DNA of 44,440 nt from the NCBI GenBank assembly GCA_035450765.1, contig DAOTNL010000002.1:1-44440 (forward strand), in the 5' to 3' direction. Made by a program: the position numbers and the translations under genes. This document shows positions 16,227-26,223 of the stretch, piece by piece (the first letter of the stretch is position 1; every line of letters begins with the position of its first letter). The DNA is from Kiritimatiellia bacterium. GTDB lineage: Bacteria; Verrucomicrobiota; Kiritimatiellia; CAIQIC01; Lenti-01. The notes beneath the pieces were generated by a model. That model made no database searches, had not been told where the DNA came from, and worked only from the letters and a program-made list of their open reading frames with translations.

Positions 16227-17459
16227 ATGAGAAAAATCGCTGAATTCCTGGGGTTGCGGCGCAGCATGCTCGGCCTGCTGGCCATGGTGGTGCTCGTCGG
16301 CATGGGCGAGAAGATGTCGGAGCGTTTCCTGCCGATCTATCTGGTCGCCCTCGGCAGCGGCATGCTCTGGCCCGGCTTCCTCAACGCCCTCGACAACTTC
16401 CTCTCCGCGCTCTACTCCCTGCCCGGCGGCTGGCTGGCCGACCGCCTCGGCGTGAAGAAATCGCTCCTCGTGTTCGACCTGCTCGCCATCGCGGGGTTCG
16501 CCCTCGTCGTCGCGATCCCCCGCTGGGAAGCGGTGATCGCCGGCTCGTTCCTGTTCCTGTCCTGGACGGCGATTTCCCTGCCCGCCTCGATGGACCTGAT
16601 TTCCAAATCCCTGCCCAAGTCGAAGCACGTCATGGGCGTCTCCGTGCACAGCATGGTCCGGCGCCTGCCGATGGCGCTGGGCCCGATCGCCGGCGGCCTG
16701 TGCATCGACGCGTTCGGCGTGGTGGCCGGCGTGCGCATCGCGTTCCTCGCCGCCATCGCCATGGCGCTGCTCGCGCTCGTCCTGCAGCAGGCGTTGATCG
16801 AAGAACCGCCCCGCGGCGCGGCGCGCGCCGAAAGCGACCTGCGGCCGTGGCGCATGCTGCGCCTGTTTTCGCCGGAACTGAAAACCCTGCTCGTGGCCGA
16901 CGTCCTGATCCGCTTCTGCGAGCAGATTCCCTACGCCTACGTCGTGCTCTGGGCCATGAGCGACGTCGCCGGCTACGCCACCGCCCGCGTGACCGCCGCG
17001 CAGTTCGGCGTCCTGACGACCGTCGAAATGGCCGTGGCGCTGCTCTGCTACGTGCCCGTCGCCTGGCTGGCCGACAAGGGCACCAAGAAACCCTTCGTCG
17101 TGGCGACCTTCGTGAACTTCACCCTGTTCCCCCTCGCGCTGCTGTATTGCCGCTCGTTCTGGACGCTGGTTGCCGCCTTTGCCCTGCGCGGCCTGAAAGA
17201 ATTCGGCGAGCCCACCCGCAAGGCATTGATTTTGGATCTGGCCCCCGAAAACCAGAAGGCCGGCGCTTTCGGGACGTACTACCTCTGCCGCGACGTCGTG
17301 GTCTCCCTCGGCGCCTTCGCCGGCGCCTTCCTGTGGCAGCGCGGCCCCGCGGCGAACTTCCTGGCCGCCGCCGCGTTCGGCGCGGCGGGCACGTTGTGGT
17401 TCGCCGTCTTCGGCCGCAACGCCCCGCGCGCGGCCGTCCGCCCCCCCGCGGCCGGCTAG
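16227..17459 (+). CDS. MFS transporter (410 aa)
   Basis: Track ORF 14604..17459 trimmed to ATG 16227. It has about 12 hydrophobic segments and the MFS loop motif GGWLADRLGVKK. Confidence 0.85.
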   Translation: MRKIAEFLGLRRSMLGLLAMVVLVGMGEKMSERFLPIYLVALGSGMLWPGFLNALDNFLSALYSLPGGWLADRLGVKKSLLVFDLLAIAGFALVVAIPRWEAVIAGSFLFLSWTAISLPASMDLISKSLPKSKHVMGVSVHSMVRRLPMALGPIAGGLCIDAFGVVAGVRIAFLAAIAMALLALVLQQALIEEPPRGAARAESDLRPWRMLRLFSPELKTLLVADVLIRFCEQIPYAYVVLWAMSDVAGYATARVTAAQFGVLTTVEMAVALLCYVPVAWLADKGTKKPFVVATFVNFTLFPLALLYCRSFWTLVAAFALRGLKEFGEPTRKALILDLAPENQKAGAFGTYYLCRDVVVSLGAFAGAFLWQRGPAANFLAAAAFGAAGTLWFAVFGRNAPRAAVRPPAAG

Positions 17460-18172
17460 CGCGCGTCCGCGGCCAGCAGCCAGCCGGCGCTTCCGGTTTC
17501 CTCGGCCGCGTTCTGCCGCGGCGATTTGCCCTCGTCGGCGCCGGCGTCGGCCGCTTCGCGCTTCTGTTCGAGGTAATCCACCACGTCGCCGTGGCCGAAC
17601 GCGCGCGCCCAGCCCAGCGGCGTCTGGCCCCGGTGGTCGGCGGCATTGGCGTCCGCGCCTTGGCGGACGAGATATTTCACGACCCCGAGATTCCCGAAGG
17701 TGGCCGCCCAGCGCAGCGCCGTGTCGCCGTTGGCGTCCTGCGCGTTCACGTCCGCGCCTTGCGCCACCAGGAACTTCACCACGTCGAGATTGCCCGCCGC
17801 GCGCATCAGCGGCGTGCGGCCCGAAACGCTGCGGGCGTTCACGTCGGCCCCGCGCTGGACCAGGTACTTCACCACGTCGAGATTGCCGACGAAGGCCGCC
17901 TTCATCAGCGCCGTTTCGCCGTTGGCGTCCCGCGCGTCGATGTCCGCGCCCCGGTCCGCGAGATGGCGGACGACGTCCAGGTCCCCGGTGGCCCACATCA
18001 GCGGCGTGCGGCCGAATTCGTCCCGCGCGTCCACGGCGACGCCTTTTTCCAGCAACTGGTCGACCTTGTCCAGATCGCCCGCGTCGGCGGACTTGTGGAT
18101 GGTCGCGCAACCGCCCAGCAGCGGCGCCAGCGCCCAAATCAACGCCCATTTCAATTCCGGAATCCGTTTCAT
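17456..18172 (-). CDS. Ankyrin-repeat lipoprotein (238 aa)
   Basis: Track ORF 17456..18412 trimmed to ATG 18172. The lipobox is ALAPLLGGC. There are about five ANK repeats (GRTPLMWA..., GETALMKAA.., GRTPLMRAA.., GDTALRWAA.., GQTPLGWA..). Confidence 0.85.
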   Translation of the reverse strand: MKRIPELKWALIWALAPLLGGCATIHKSADAGDLDKVDQLLEKGVAVDARDEFGRTPLMWATGDLDVVRHLADRGADIDARDANGETALMKAAFVGNLDVVKYLVQRGADVNARSVSGRTPLMRAAGNLDVVKFLVAQGADVNAQDANGDTALRWAATFGNLGVVKYLVRQGADANAADHRGQTPLGWARAFGHGDVVDYLEQKREAADAGADEGKSPRQNAAEETGSAGWLLAADAR

Positions 18173-18499
18173 GTTCCACTCTCCGCCGGTTTTGGCCGCC
18201 CTTGCGGGCCGCCGAAACGATCCGCGCCCAAAAAACGATTGGCGCGAGGTGTAAATATGCCGCCGCGCGCCCCGCCGATGGTTAAAAACCCGTGAAAAGC
18301 CCGATAAAATCCGGTAAATCGAGCCGGCGGCGATTTGCGCGGCGCCGATCTCGCGGTAGCCTATGGGCAGAGCTAGGCGCCAGGGCAGAACGAACGACCA
18401 GCTGCCCGCCAAGTGGCCGAGCGATGCACTTGGCAGAAAGATGAGGAACTGGCCTCCCTCCCGCCTGGCTCGCCCCGTTTTTCGCCTTCTCCAACCGCC

Positions 18500-19057
18500 T
18501 CAATCCCCCGCCGCGCGGGCGCGCGGGAATCCCGCCCGCCACTTGCGCGCCATCCGCAGCATGGATTCTTCCCGCGTGACCGTCTCCAGCGCGGCGACGT
18601 CGATCCACGCCAGGGCGTGCGATTCGTCGCTGACGCGGAATCGCTCGCTGCCCGTCGCCCGGAACGCATAGCGCACGTCCCAGTGCAGGTGCGCCGGCTC
18701 CGCGCCGCGCGCGGGGATTTCGTGGACGTCGACGTCGAAGATATCCGCCGCGACGGGTTCGAGATCCGCCAAGCCGGATTCCTCTTCGGCTTCGCGGCGC
18801 GCCACGCGGAACACGTCCGCGTCGCCGTCGGCGTGGCCGCCCAGCTGTACCCAGATGCCCAGCTTCTTGTGGTGCGTCAGCAGCACGCGCGCGCCGGCGC
18901 GATCCACCAGCCAGGCGGAACCGGTGACGTGGCCGCACGCCAGGCTCCGCGCGAACGCGTCCGGATGGGTTTCCAGAAATCCGACGAAGCGCCGGACCGT
19001 TTCCGCCTCGGCCGGCCAGCGCGCGCCGTATTCCCGCAGTTGCCGCGCCAATTCCAT
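18500..19057 (-). CDS. NUDIX hydrolase
   Basis: Nudix box is GGHADGDADVFRVARREAEEESGL. Confidence 0.85.
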   Translation of the reverse strand: MELARQLREYGARWPAEAETVRRFVGFLETHPDAFARSLACGHVTGSAWLVDRAGARVLLTHHKKLGIWVQLGGHADGDADVFRVARREAEEESGLADLEPVAADIFDVDVHEIPARGAEPAHLHWDVRYAFRATGSERFRVSDESHALAWIDVAALETVTREESMLRMARKWRAGFPRARAAGD

Positions 19058-19224
19058 GCCGTCAGCGGGGGTGGATGCGGCAAAAAGCGGCCGGCGCGGC
19101 GGCCAAGCGGCGCGCGCGGGGGATTTTGTTGGGAAAGCGCATGCGACAGCCGGACAGGATAGGCCGGGCCGGAAGGCCGGTCAACCCTTCGCACGCGATG
19201 CCGCCGGACCGGCCGCCGTTCCGG

Positions 19225-19776
19225 TCAGTCCCACGTCAGCCAGGAAAGGGCCATGTCCTGGTTGCCGGAGAAGCCGTTGACCTTGAATTTGCCGAACCGG
19301 CCGGCATCCGTCTTGAAGGCCACGACCGTGCCGGCGGGCAGCGCCGGATGCGCGATGGCGGCGCCGCTGAGCGCCAGCGACTGGACCTGCGCCTTGGTGA
19401 CGGCCCCGAAATCCACCACGCCCATGGCGGCGAACTTCGCCCCGTTCCGGGATACCAACTGGCTGTCGGTCGGCGTCAGGCGATTCCAGAACATGTCGGC
19501 CACGTCGCCGGCCGGCACCGCGGTGGTGCCGCCCGAACCGTTGTCGAAATCGAAGCTGAAGGTGCCTTTGACGGTGGCGTTTCCGGCCGAGTGGACCACG
19601 TCGGCCGCGACGTTGGTGATCACCACCGTGCCGCCATCGACGACGTTGGTGACCACGACCACGCCACCGCCGGCACCGTCGTCGTCGTCGTCGCTTTCGC
19701 ATCCGGCCGCCAAGAACGCCAAACCCGCGCTGGCCGCAAACAGCATCCTCACCGCCCGCCATTCGAACGTTTTCAT
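19225..19776 (-). CDS. Small beta-rich lipoprotein, 183 aa, function unknown
   Basis: Track ORF 19225..19866 trimmed to ATG 19776, preceded by AGGAG. The lipobox is FLAAGC, followed by an ESDDDDDGAGGG linker. Confidence 0.7.
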   Translation of the reverse strand: MKTFEWRAVRMLFAASAGLAFLAAGCESDDDDDGAGGGVVVVTNVVDGGTVVITNVAADVVHSAGNATVKGTFSFDFDNGSGGTTAVPAGDVADMFWNRLTPTDSQLVSRNGAKFAAMGVVDFGAVTKAQVQSLALSGAAIAHPALPAGTVVAFKTDAGRFGKFKVNGFSGNQDMALSWLTWD

Positions 19777-19952
19777 CCGCCGCTCCTGTTTCTCCACCTG
19801 CCGGAAGCGCCGGCCGGTTGGCATGGCAGCATGCCCGCAGGGACCGGACCGAAATCGCGCTCCCACGCTTCACAGCCTGGGCGGAAACGGCGGCGGGATC
19901 AAGGGCCGCAGTGCTAAAATCACGTTACGGCCGGCGCCCGTTCCGCAGCGGC

Positions 19953-20933
19953 CTACGTCGCGGCTTCGATCGTTTCGGCCTGGCGCTGGAGATCGGCGAG
20001 TTCGCGCCGCCAGAAATCGGCGGTGCCCCACTCGGGATGCAGCAGGCGGCGGCCTTCGTCGGCGCGCTGGCGCGCGCACCAGGCCGCGTAGTGCAGGTAG
20101 CGCAGCGCGCGCAGGGGTTCGATGAGCCGGGTCTGGGCGTCGTCGTATTCCGCGAACGTGTCGTAGCCTTCCAGCAGCAGCTCGAATTCGGGCCGCGCGG
20201 CGGGCAGGCGATCGGGCAGGAGCATCCAGAGGTCCTGGATGGCGGGGCCGTTGGCCATGTCGTCGAAATCGATGGCGCGGAAGCCCTCGTCGGGCCGCCA
20301 GAGCAGGTTCATGCGGTGCAGATCGCCGTGCAGGCGCTGCCGCGCGACGTCCGCGAACAGCGGCGCGACGCGGTCGAGCAACCGCTGCGCGGCATCGAGA
20401 TAGCGCCCGGCGACCTCGCGCGGGATCGCGCCGGAATCGCGCAGGAAGTCCAGATGCGTGCGGGCGGATGCCTGCGGGCCGAGCACGAGCCGGTGCGCGG
20501 CGGGGCGCGCGGCGCCGACCTGGTGGATGCGGCCGATCAGGCGGCCGATCTGCAGCCATTCGGCGCGCGTCGGTTCGTCGCACGGCCGGCCGCCCAGGCG
20601 CGGGAACACGGCGAAGAACATGCCGTTTTCCGCGTGCAGGGTCTGCCCGGCGGCGTCCGCCAGCGGCGCGACGACGGGAATTTCGGCCGCGGCGAGTTCG
20701 CGCAGGAACTCGTGTTCGTCCTGCAGGGCCGCGCGGGTCCAGCGGCCGGGGCGGTAGAACTTGGCGACGAGGAAGCCGCCGTCTTCGAGGCCGATTTCGA
20801 AGACGCGGTTGACGTAGGACGCCAGCGGCCGGCAAACGCCGGACGCGCGGCGGCCAGCCACGCGCTCGGCGCAATCCATGACGGCGTCGGGCGCGAGCGC
20901 GGCGAAATCGCCGGTGCCGGAAGGTTCCGCCAC
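19953..20933 (-). CDS. srkA: SrkA/YihE/RdoA-like protein kinase (aminoglycoside-phosphotransferase fold)
   Basis: GTG start. Contains VAKFYRPGRW, LHGDLHRMNLLW and AIDFDD, which are typical of stress-response kinase A. Confidence 0.75.
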   Translation of the reverse strand: MAEPSGTGDFAALAPDAVMDCAERVAGRRASGVCRPLASYVNRVFEIGLEDGGFLVAKFYRPGRWTRAALQDEHEFLRELAAAEIPVVAPLADAAGQTLHAENGMFFAVFPRLGGRPCDEPTRAEWLQIGRLIGRIHQVGAARPAAHRLVLGPQASARTHLDFLRDSGAIPREVAGRYLDAAQRLLDRVAPLFADVARQRLHGDLHRMNLLWRPDEGFRAIDFDDMANGPAIQDLWMLLPDRLPAARPEFELLLEGYDTFAEYDDAQTRLIEPLRALRYLHYAAWCARQRADEGRRLLHPEWGTADFWRRELADLQRQAETIEAAT

Positions 20934-20942
20934 GGGCGCGCC

Positions 20943-23900
20943 CTAGCGGGCCAGGCCGGGCAGGTTCGGCAGCGCCACCCCGCCGCCGGGGAACGCGCCG
21001 GGCGCGGCGCCCGGCCGGGCCTGGCGCGGGAACAGGGCGCGGAATTCGCGGTTGGTGACCAGCGGCTGGAAGCGCTGGTCGCGCAGGATGACGTCGCGGG
21101 CCTGGTCGCCGCCCAGTTCGATGGCCCGGCGGGCCGCGTTGACGGCGTCGGCGTCGCGCCGGACGAACGCGTAGGCCGCGGCCAGATCCAGCCAGACGTC
21201 GAGGTTGCCCGCCTCGCGCTGGACGTACCGCTCGAGCGCGTAGATCAGTCCGTCCACGCGCTGGTCCTGCGCGAAGAAGCCGGCCAGCGCCAGCACGTGC
21301 TGCGCCGGCAGGTTGTCGTCGGCCAGCAGGCGCGACGCCAGGTTCTGGTAGGCGCCCTGCATGCCCGCCGCGCGGTAGATGGAGGTCAGCTCGAGCGCCT
21401 CGTCCGGCGAGAGCACGCCCGTTTCGTGCTGCTTGCGCTCGATTTCGCGGCGGCGGTCGATCATGCGCTTGGTGCCTTCGATCTGGCCGAGGAAGCCCTT
21501 GGCGCTGTCGTTCTTGGGATCGGCGGCGGCGAACTCGCGGATGAGCTTCTCGGCGTCGTCGAAGCGCTGCATGTTCATGTACATCTGCGCGAGGCGGAAG
21601 GTGGCTTCCGGGCTGAGCGGATAGAGGTCGATGGACTGCTTGAAGGCGTACTCGGCCTCGTCGTACATGCGCCGGTAGTCGTAGATGCCGGCGATGGCGC
21701 TGCGCAGCTTGGAGAACGACTTGCGCGCGCAGATGTCGCGGCGGAACGCGGACTGGTCCAGCAGCCACTTCGTATACCAGCCCCAGAACGCGTGGTCGTT
21801 CTTCACCAGTTGCGGATCGAGGCCGGGCAGCGGATCCTTGTTGAGCTTGAGCATGAGGCCGTGCGGCGTCAGGTACGGATACATCCACTGGATGACGTAG
21901 CTTTCCTCGACGTAGAAATCGTGCCGGTCCTTGTTTTCCTTGAAGATCAGCTCGGCCAAAATGCCGTTGATGGTCATGACGCCGCCGACGCCCTGCACGC
22001 TGACCTTGCCGTTTTCGATCTTGATGTCGGCCCCGGCCTGGATGCGGCCGGCGTTGACGTCGTCGACGTACTTGCGGAACGCCTCGTTGCTGTCCTCGAG
22101 CGACGGGATGTAGATCGTGTCGCCGTAGAGGTCGCGGGTGATGTTCATGAACGTGTTGTCGGCCAGCGCGTTCTGGGTGATGAGGTAGACGTCGGAGCGG
22201 ACGTCGGCCGAATAGATCATGTAGGTCGGCACGAACCGGCCCGGATCGGTCCCGCCGTAGAAGATGGCGTTGGGCGTCATGGGCGGCGGATAGTCGGGCT
22301 CGGCCATGCCCAGCGCGTTGGTCAGCGCGCCCCATTCGCGCGCGAAATCCTCCTCCTTCGTGAACCAGTAGCCGAAATCTTCCTTGATGCCCTTGATGCC
22401 TTCGAGACCCCAGTTGCCGAACTGCCAGCCGTAGCTGTGGCCGTTCTGCTCGGCGCCGCCGACGATGCGCAGCTGCTCTTCGTCGTAGGCGTTCTGCCAC
22501 AGCAGGATGCCCGGCAGCAGCAGGCCCGCCAGCATGGCCGGCGCCAGCGCCCAGCGGCCGAGCATGCGCTCCAGCCACGCCACGGACAGCAGGATGCCGT
22601 AGCCCAGCCACAGCGCGTAGAAGGCGTGGCTCTGGATGAACTGCACGCGGCCGATGAACAGGTTCTGGATGTCGAGCTGCGGATTCTGGAAAATCAGGAA
22701 AATCACGCTCACGGAGATGAAGCCCACCACCGAGACGATCAGCCAGCGCTGCTGCGAAACGCCCAGATCGGAATCCAGCTTGAGGCGCGAGGCGCCCAGC
22801 GCCCAGGCCGCGGCGACCGCCAGCGGCGGACCGAACACCGCGCCGGCGAAGAACGTCTTGCCGGCCGCCGACAGCTCGCCCTTGAACAGCGCCTTCAGGC
22901 TCATCACGTCCACGTACAGCACGCCCACCAGCACGGCCGCGAGAAACGCCCAGATGACCAGCTTCGTGCCGAGCGGATAGCCGCGCAGGTCGGCGATCTG
23001 CTTGCGCAGGAAGAGCGCCAGCAGCGTGAAGAAACCCCAGCCCGCCAGCAGCAGGACCGGCGCGATCAGCAGGCGGTAGAGCGTCTCCGCTCCGGCCCAG
23101 CCGGCCGTTTCCAGGATGATCAGCACCACCGACGCGAGCACCAGCCCCAGCGCCAGCGGGAAGGCCGAGCGCCGCCGGCCGCCCAGCTCGAGCCCCCACG
23201 AGCAGAACGGCAGGAAGCCCAGCACCGCCACCGGCAGCGAGAACTGGCTGCGCAAGTCGGTCAGGTACGCGCCGAGCTGCTGGATGAACTTGTCGCTGAA
23301 AATGTCCGTCGGCACGATGGCCTCGTACTGGCCGCGCGTCACCGCGTGCATGAAGCCTTCCCAGGTGCGCGGATAGCCCCAGTTCATCGGCGGGTTCTGC
23401 TCCGACGCGAACGGCAGGTACAGGTAGAACGCCACGCCCAGTTCCGCCAGCAGGATCGTCGCGCAGACGGTCTTGCCGTGCGGCAGCACGAACGCCAGCC
23501 CGATCGGAATCGCCAGGAACAGGGCGTTGTAGATCCAGAACGGCACGGTGGTGGGCCCCTGCGACCACTTCCAGAGGTTGGAATCGAAGCCCGGCGCGGA
23601 CTGCTGGGCTTCCGAGGCGAAGAGGGCATAACCCTTGGCGGCGACGATGAACACGACGCCGATGAGCGCGGCGGCGATGGCGAAATCGCGGAACTGGCCG
23701 GCGTCCTTCATCAGCACGGCGACGGCCAGCGCCAGCCCGAGGAACAGCAGGGTCTGGTGGTTCGTCAGGCCCAGGCCGAACAGGAACGCGGCCGCGTAGA
23801 GCAGCACGTCGCTCTTGGGCCGGCACATCCACATGTAGATCAGCAGCAGCACGCCCATCTGGAACATCGCGTTGAGGCTGTACACCTCCACGATCACGCT

Positions 23901-24428
23901 CTGCGACCAGAGCACGGGGCTGAACGCCAGCAGCAGCCCGCCCGAAATGCCCGCCGCCAGGCACAGGCGGCTTTCCGTGCGGAAGCCGATCTTGTCCGTC
24001 AGCGCCGGGATGCTCCGCAGCAGGTCCGCGCCCGAGCGGCTGATCAGCAGCGCCAGCAGCGCGCAGGCGCCCGCGCCGAAAACCGCCGAGGCCAGCCCCA
24101 CCGACCACGCCGGATTGGGATGCCCGTTGTACTTCACCCAGTGGAACACCCACTGGAAAAACCACGTCACCAGCGTCCAGATCGGGTAGCCCGGCGGATG
24201 CGGCACGCCGAGATAGTCGGAGGCCACGGCCAGTTCGCCGGAGTCTTCCAGCGTCAGCGTCGGCGCCAGCGTGAAGCAATAGACCGCCAAGGTGATCGCG
24301 CCCGCGATCCAGAAAGCCGCCCAGTCGATGCGCCGGAAAAAGGCGCCGGTCAGGTTGTCCAGGAAATCGGCCTGGGCCTGGTTGGCCAGCCGTTCGATCT
24401 GTCGTTCCGAAGCTTTGGTCAGTGTCAT
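20943..24428 (-). CDS. DUF2723/TMEM260-like GT-C fold glycosyltransferase (probable protein O-mannosyltransferase-like) with a C-terminal TPR domain, 1161 aa
   Basis: The N-terminal LTLEDSGELAVASDYLGVPHPPGYPIWTL signature is followed by many TM helices. The C-terminal third is TPR-like (YDEAEYAFKQSIDLYP..., FDDAEKLIREFAAADP...). Confidence 0.8.
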   Translation of the reverse strand: MTLTKASERQIERLANQAQADFLDNLTGAFFRRIDWAAFWIAGAITLAVYCFTLAPTLTLEDSGELAVASDYLGVPHPPGYPIWTLVTWFFQWVFHWVKYNGHPNPAWSVGLASAVFGAGACALLALLISRSGADLLRSIPALTDKIGFRTESRLCLAAGISGGLLLAFSPVLWSQSVIVEVYSLNAMFQMGVLLLIYMWMCRPKSDVLLYAAAFLFGLGLTNHQTLLFLGLALAVAVLMKDAGQFRDFAIAAALIGVVFIVAAKGYALFASEAQQSAPGFDSNLWKWSQGPTTVPFWIYNALFLAIPIGLAFVLPHGKTVCATILLAELGVAFYLYLPFASEQNPPMNWGYPRTWEGFMHAVTRGQYEAIVPTDIFSDKFIQQLGAYLTDLRSQFSLPVAVLGFLPFCSWGLELGGRRRSAFPLALGLVLASVVLIILETAGWAGAETLYRLLIAPVLLLAGWGFFTLLALFLRKQIADLRGYPLGTKLVIWAFLAAVLVGVLYVDVMSLKALFKGELSAAGKTFFAGAVFGPPLAVAAAWALGASRLKLDSDLGVSQQRWLIVSVVGFISVSVIFLIFQNPQLDIQNLFIGRVQFIQSHAFYALWLGYGILLSVAWLERMLGRWALAPAMLAGLLLPGILLWQNAYDEEQLRIVGGAEQNGHSYGWQFGNWGLEGIKGIKEDFGYWFTKEEDFAREWGALTNALGMAEPDYPPPMTPNAIFYGGTDPGRFVPTYMIYSADVRSDVYLITQNALADNTFMNITRDLYGDTIYIPSLEDSNEAFRKYVDDVNAGRIQAGADIKIENGKVSVQGVGGVMTINGILAELIFKENKDRHDFYVEESYVIQWMYPYLTPHGLMLKLNKDPLPGLDPQLVKNDHAFWGWYTKWLLDQSAFRRDICARKSFSKLRSAIAGIYDYRRMYDEAEYAFKQSIDLYPLSPEATFRLAQMYMNMQRFDDAEKLIREFAAADPKNDSAKGFLGQIEGTKRMIDRRREIERKQHETGVLSPDEALELTSIYRAAGMQGAYQNLASRLLADDNLPAQHVLALAGFFAQDQRVDGLIYALERYVQREAGNLDVWLDLAAAYAFVRRDADAVNAARRAIELGGDQARDVILRDQRFQPLVTNREFRALFPRQARPGAAPGAFPGGGVALPNLPGLAR

Positions 24429-24480
24429 CTCGTTGTCCCGTGTTCTCCGCGCGGATCCGTGCCGCCGCGCGGGCCGGTTT

Positions 24481-25521
24481 TCAGCCCTTGGCTTCCAAGG
24501 CCGCCAACCGGGCTTCCAGCGCCTTGAGTTGTTCCTTCAGCTTGGGCAAGGACGCCACGTGGGCGAGCGACTTGCCGAATTCCAGGCGCGGCACCGCCGG
24601 CGCGCCCAGGTACATCTGGCCGCCGGGCAAATCCTTCGAAACCCCGGCCTGCGCGCCGACCACGGCGTGGTCGCCGACCGTCAGGTGCCCCGCCAGCCCC
24701 GCCTGGCCCGCGCAGATCACGTGCTTGCCCAGCGTCGTCGTGCCGGCCAGCCCGACCTGGGAGCACAGCACCGAATGTTCGCCGACGACGCAGTTGTGGG
24801 CGATCATGACCAGGTTGTCCACCTTGGTCCCCTTCCCGATCCGCGTTTCGCCGAAGCGCGCGCGGTCGACGGTCGCGTTCGCGCCGATTTCGACGTCGTC
24901 TTCCAGCACGACGATGCCGACCTGGGGGATCTTGGTGCGCACGCCCTGGGCGTCCACCGCGTAGCCGAAGCCGTCGGCGCCGATCACGGCGCCGTTCTGC
25001 AGGATGACGCGGTCGCCGAGGCGGCAGTGCTCGCGCACGCTCGCGAAGGGATAGAGCAGACAGTCCCGCCCCAGCTTGGCGCCGTGGCCCACGTAGGTCT
25101 GGGGATGGAGCGTCGTGCCGGCGCCGATTTCGGCCCCGGCTTCCACCACGGCGAACGCGCCGACGGCCACGCCGGCGCCCAGCTTGGCTTCCGGCGAAAC
25201 GCAGGCCTGCGGATGCACGCCGCGCGGCGGCACCACGGGCGGCGGCGCGAACATCACGCACGCCGCCGTGAACGCCGCGTCGGCGTCGGCCGCGCGCAGC
25301 ACGACGGGCCGCGGCGCTTCGAGCTTGGCGTTCTTGGGCACGATCACCGCCGCCGCGGCGCTGGCCGCGGCCAGGGGCCAGAAGTGCGGCGCCGTCGCGA
25401 ACGCCAGCTGCCCGGGCCCCGCGGAACGCAGGTCGGCCACGCCGGCCAGGACGACGTCGGCCGCCCCTTCCAGGTCGGCGCCCAGCTTGGCCGCCAATTC
25501 GCCGGTCGTCAGCGTGAACAC
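24481..25521 (-). CDS. lpxD: UDP-3-O-acylglucosamine N-acyltransferase
   Basis: GTG start. Contains left-handed beta-helix hexapeptide repeats and GADGFGY. Confidence 0.9.
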   Translation of the reverse strand: MFTLTTGELAAKLGADLEGAADVVLAGVADLRSAGPGQLAFATAPHFWPLAAASAAAAVIVPKNAKLEAPRPVVLRAADADAAFTAACVMFAPPPVVPPRGVHPQACVSPEAKLGAGVAVGAFAVVEAGAEIGAGTTLHPQTYVGHGAKLGRDCLLYPFASVREHCRLGDRVILQNGAVIGADGFGYAVDAQGVRTKIPQVGIVVLEDDVEIGANATVDRARFGETRIGKGTKVDNLVMIAHNCVVGEHSVLCSQVGLAGTTTLGKHVICAGQAGLAGHLTVGDHAVVGAQAGVSKDLPGGQMYLGAPAVPRLEFGKSLAHVASLPKLKEQLKALEARLAALEAKG

Positions 25522-25534
25522 CGCGCGCGCTCCC

Positions 25535-26104
25535 CTACTTGGCCTTGGCCTGCAGATAGGCGATCAGCCGTTCGGTCACGTCCAGTTCCGGCGCGGCGTA
25601 CGCCACCAGCGGCACCGCGTTCATCGTCAGGCCCGAACGGTCGAGCACCAGGTCGTATTCGTTCGCCTGCGCGAACTGGACCACCGCCTGCGTCAGTTCG
25701 TCGACGATGGCCTGGCGGGACTTCAGCACCTGCTCGCGCATCTGCTTGAGCTTGGTTTCCTGCGTGCGGCGGGCGCGCAGCTCGAATTCCTGCAGCTGCG
25801 TCAGCTTTTCTTCGGCCTCGTCGCGCTTCTTCAGCCGGGCTTCTTCGTTCAGGAGGGGGTTTTTGGCGGCTTCGCGCAGCTTGGCCATCTCTTCCTGGAG
25901 GTCCTGGCCTTCGGCTTTCAGCTTGTCCAGTTCCGCCTCGACGGCGGCCTCGGCCTTCTTCAGTTCGGCTTCCGCCGCCTGCGTTTTGGGGTGCGCCGTG
26001 AAGACCTTGTCGAGGTCCACGGTCGCGATTTTCAGTTCCGCCGCCCAGCCCGCCGTCGCCAGCGCGCAAAGAACGGCCACCAGTCCGAATTTCTTCATCG
26101 CCAT
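25535..26104 (-). CDS. skp: OmpH/Skp periplasmic chaperone
   Basis: Track ORF 25535..27055 trimmed to ATG 26104, preceded by AAGGAAAGGAAAA. Has a signal peptide, [10 protein letters not shown] and a coiled-coil K/E-rich body. It lies immediately upstream of lpxD. Confidence 0.85.
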   Translation of the reverse strand: MAMKKFGLVAVLCALATAGWAAELKIATVDLDKVFTAHPKTQAAEAELKKAEAAVEAELDKLKAEGQDLQEEMAKLREAAKNPLLNEEARLKKRDEAEEKLTQLQEFELRARRTQETKLKQMREQVLKSRQAIVDELTQAVVQFAQANEYDLVLDRSGLTMNAVPLVAYAAPELDVTERLIAYLQAKAK

Positions 26105-26223
26105 GTCGGTTTTCCTTTCCTTACGGGAAAAGTCGGTTTTTGCGGCATTGTCCACCACGCCCCCCCTCTTGAAAAGCCGAAAAACCGCGCGGCAACCGAA
26201 TGCCGGCGCCGCGGCCGGCGGCC

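Noticed and set aside
1678-18179. Other long shadow ORFs, e.g. 1678..4197(+), 4453..6975(+), 14017..16224(-), 15636..18179(-), the N-terminal 540 codons of 14604..17459(+), and further on 33302..36082(+) and 33483..35822(-)
   Set aside because: Same reasoning: biased R/A/G/P composition, overlap with better-supported genes, and no recognisable motifs.
24447-24472. Two self-complementary ccgcgcgg octamers between lpxD and the DUF2723 gene that could pair
   Set aside because: There is no U-tract, the sequence is common at this G+C, and the 52-nt gap is more simply an intercistronic spacer carrying the RBS.
19818-24527. A giant 1569-aa plus-strand ORF, and a 1469-aa minus-strand ORF at 19870..24279
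   Set aside because: These are antisense or alternative-frame shadows of the DUF2723 and srkA-like genes. Their products are extremely R/A/G/P/H-rich with no domain-like pattern. The third frame (20943..24428) gives a protein with a clear family signature and TM helices.
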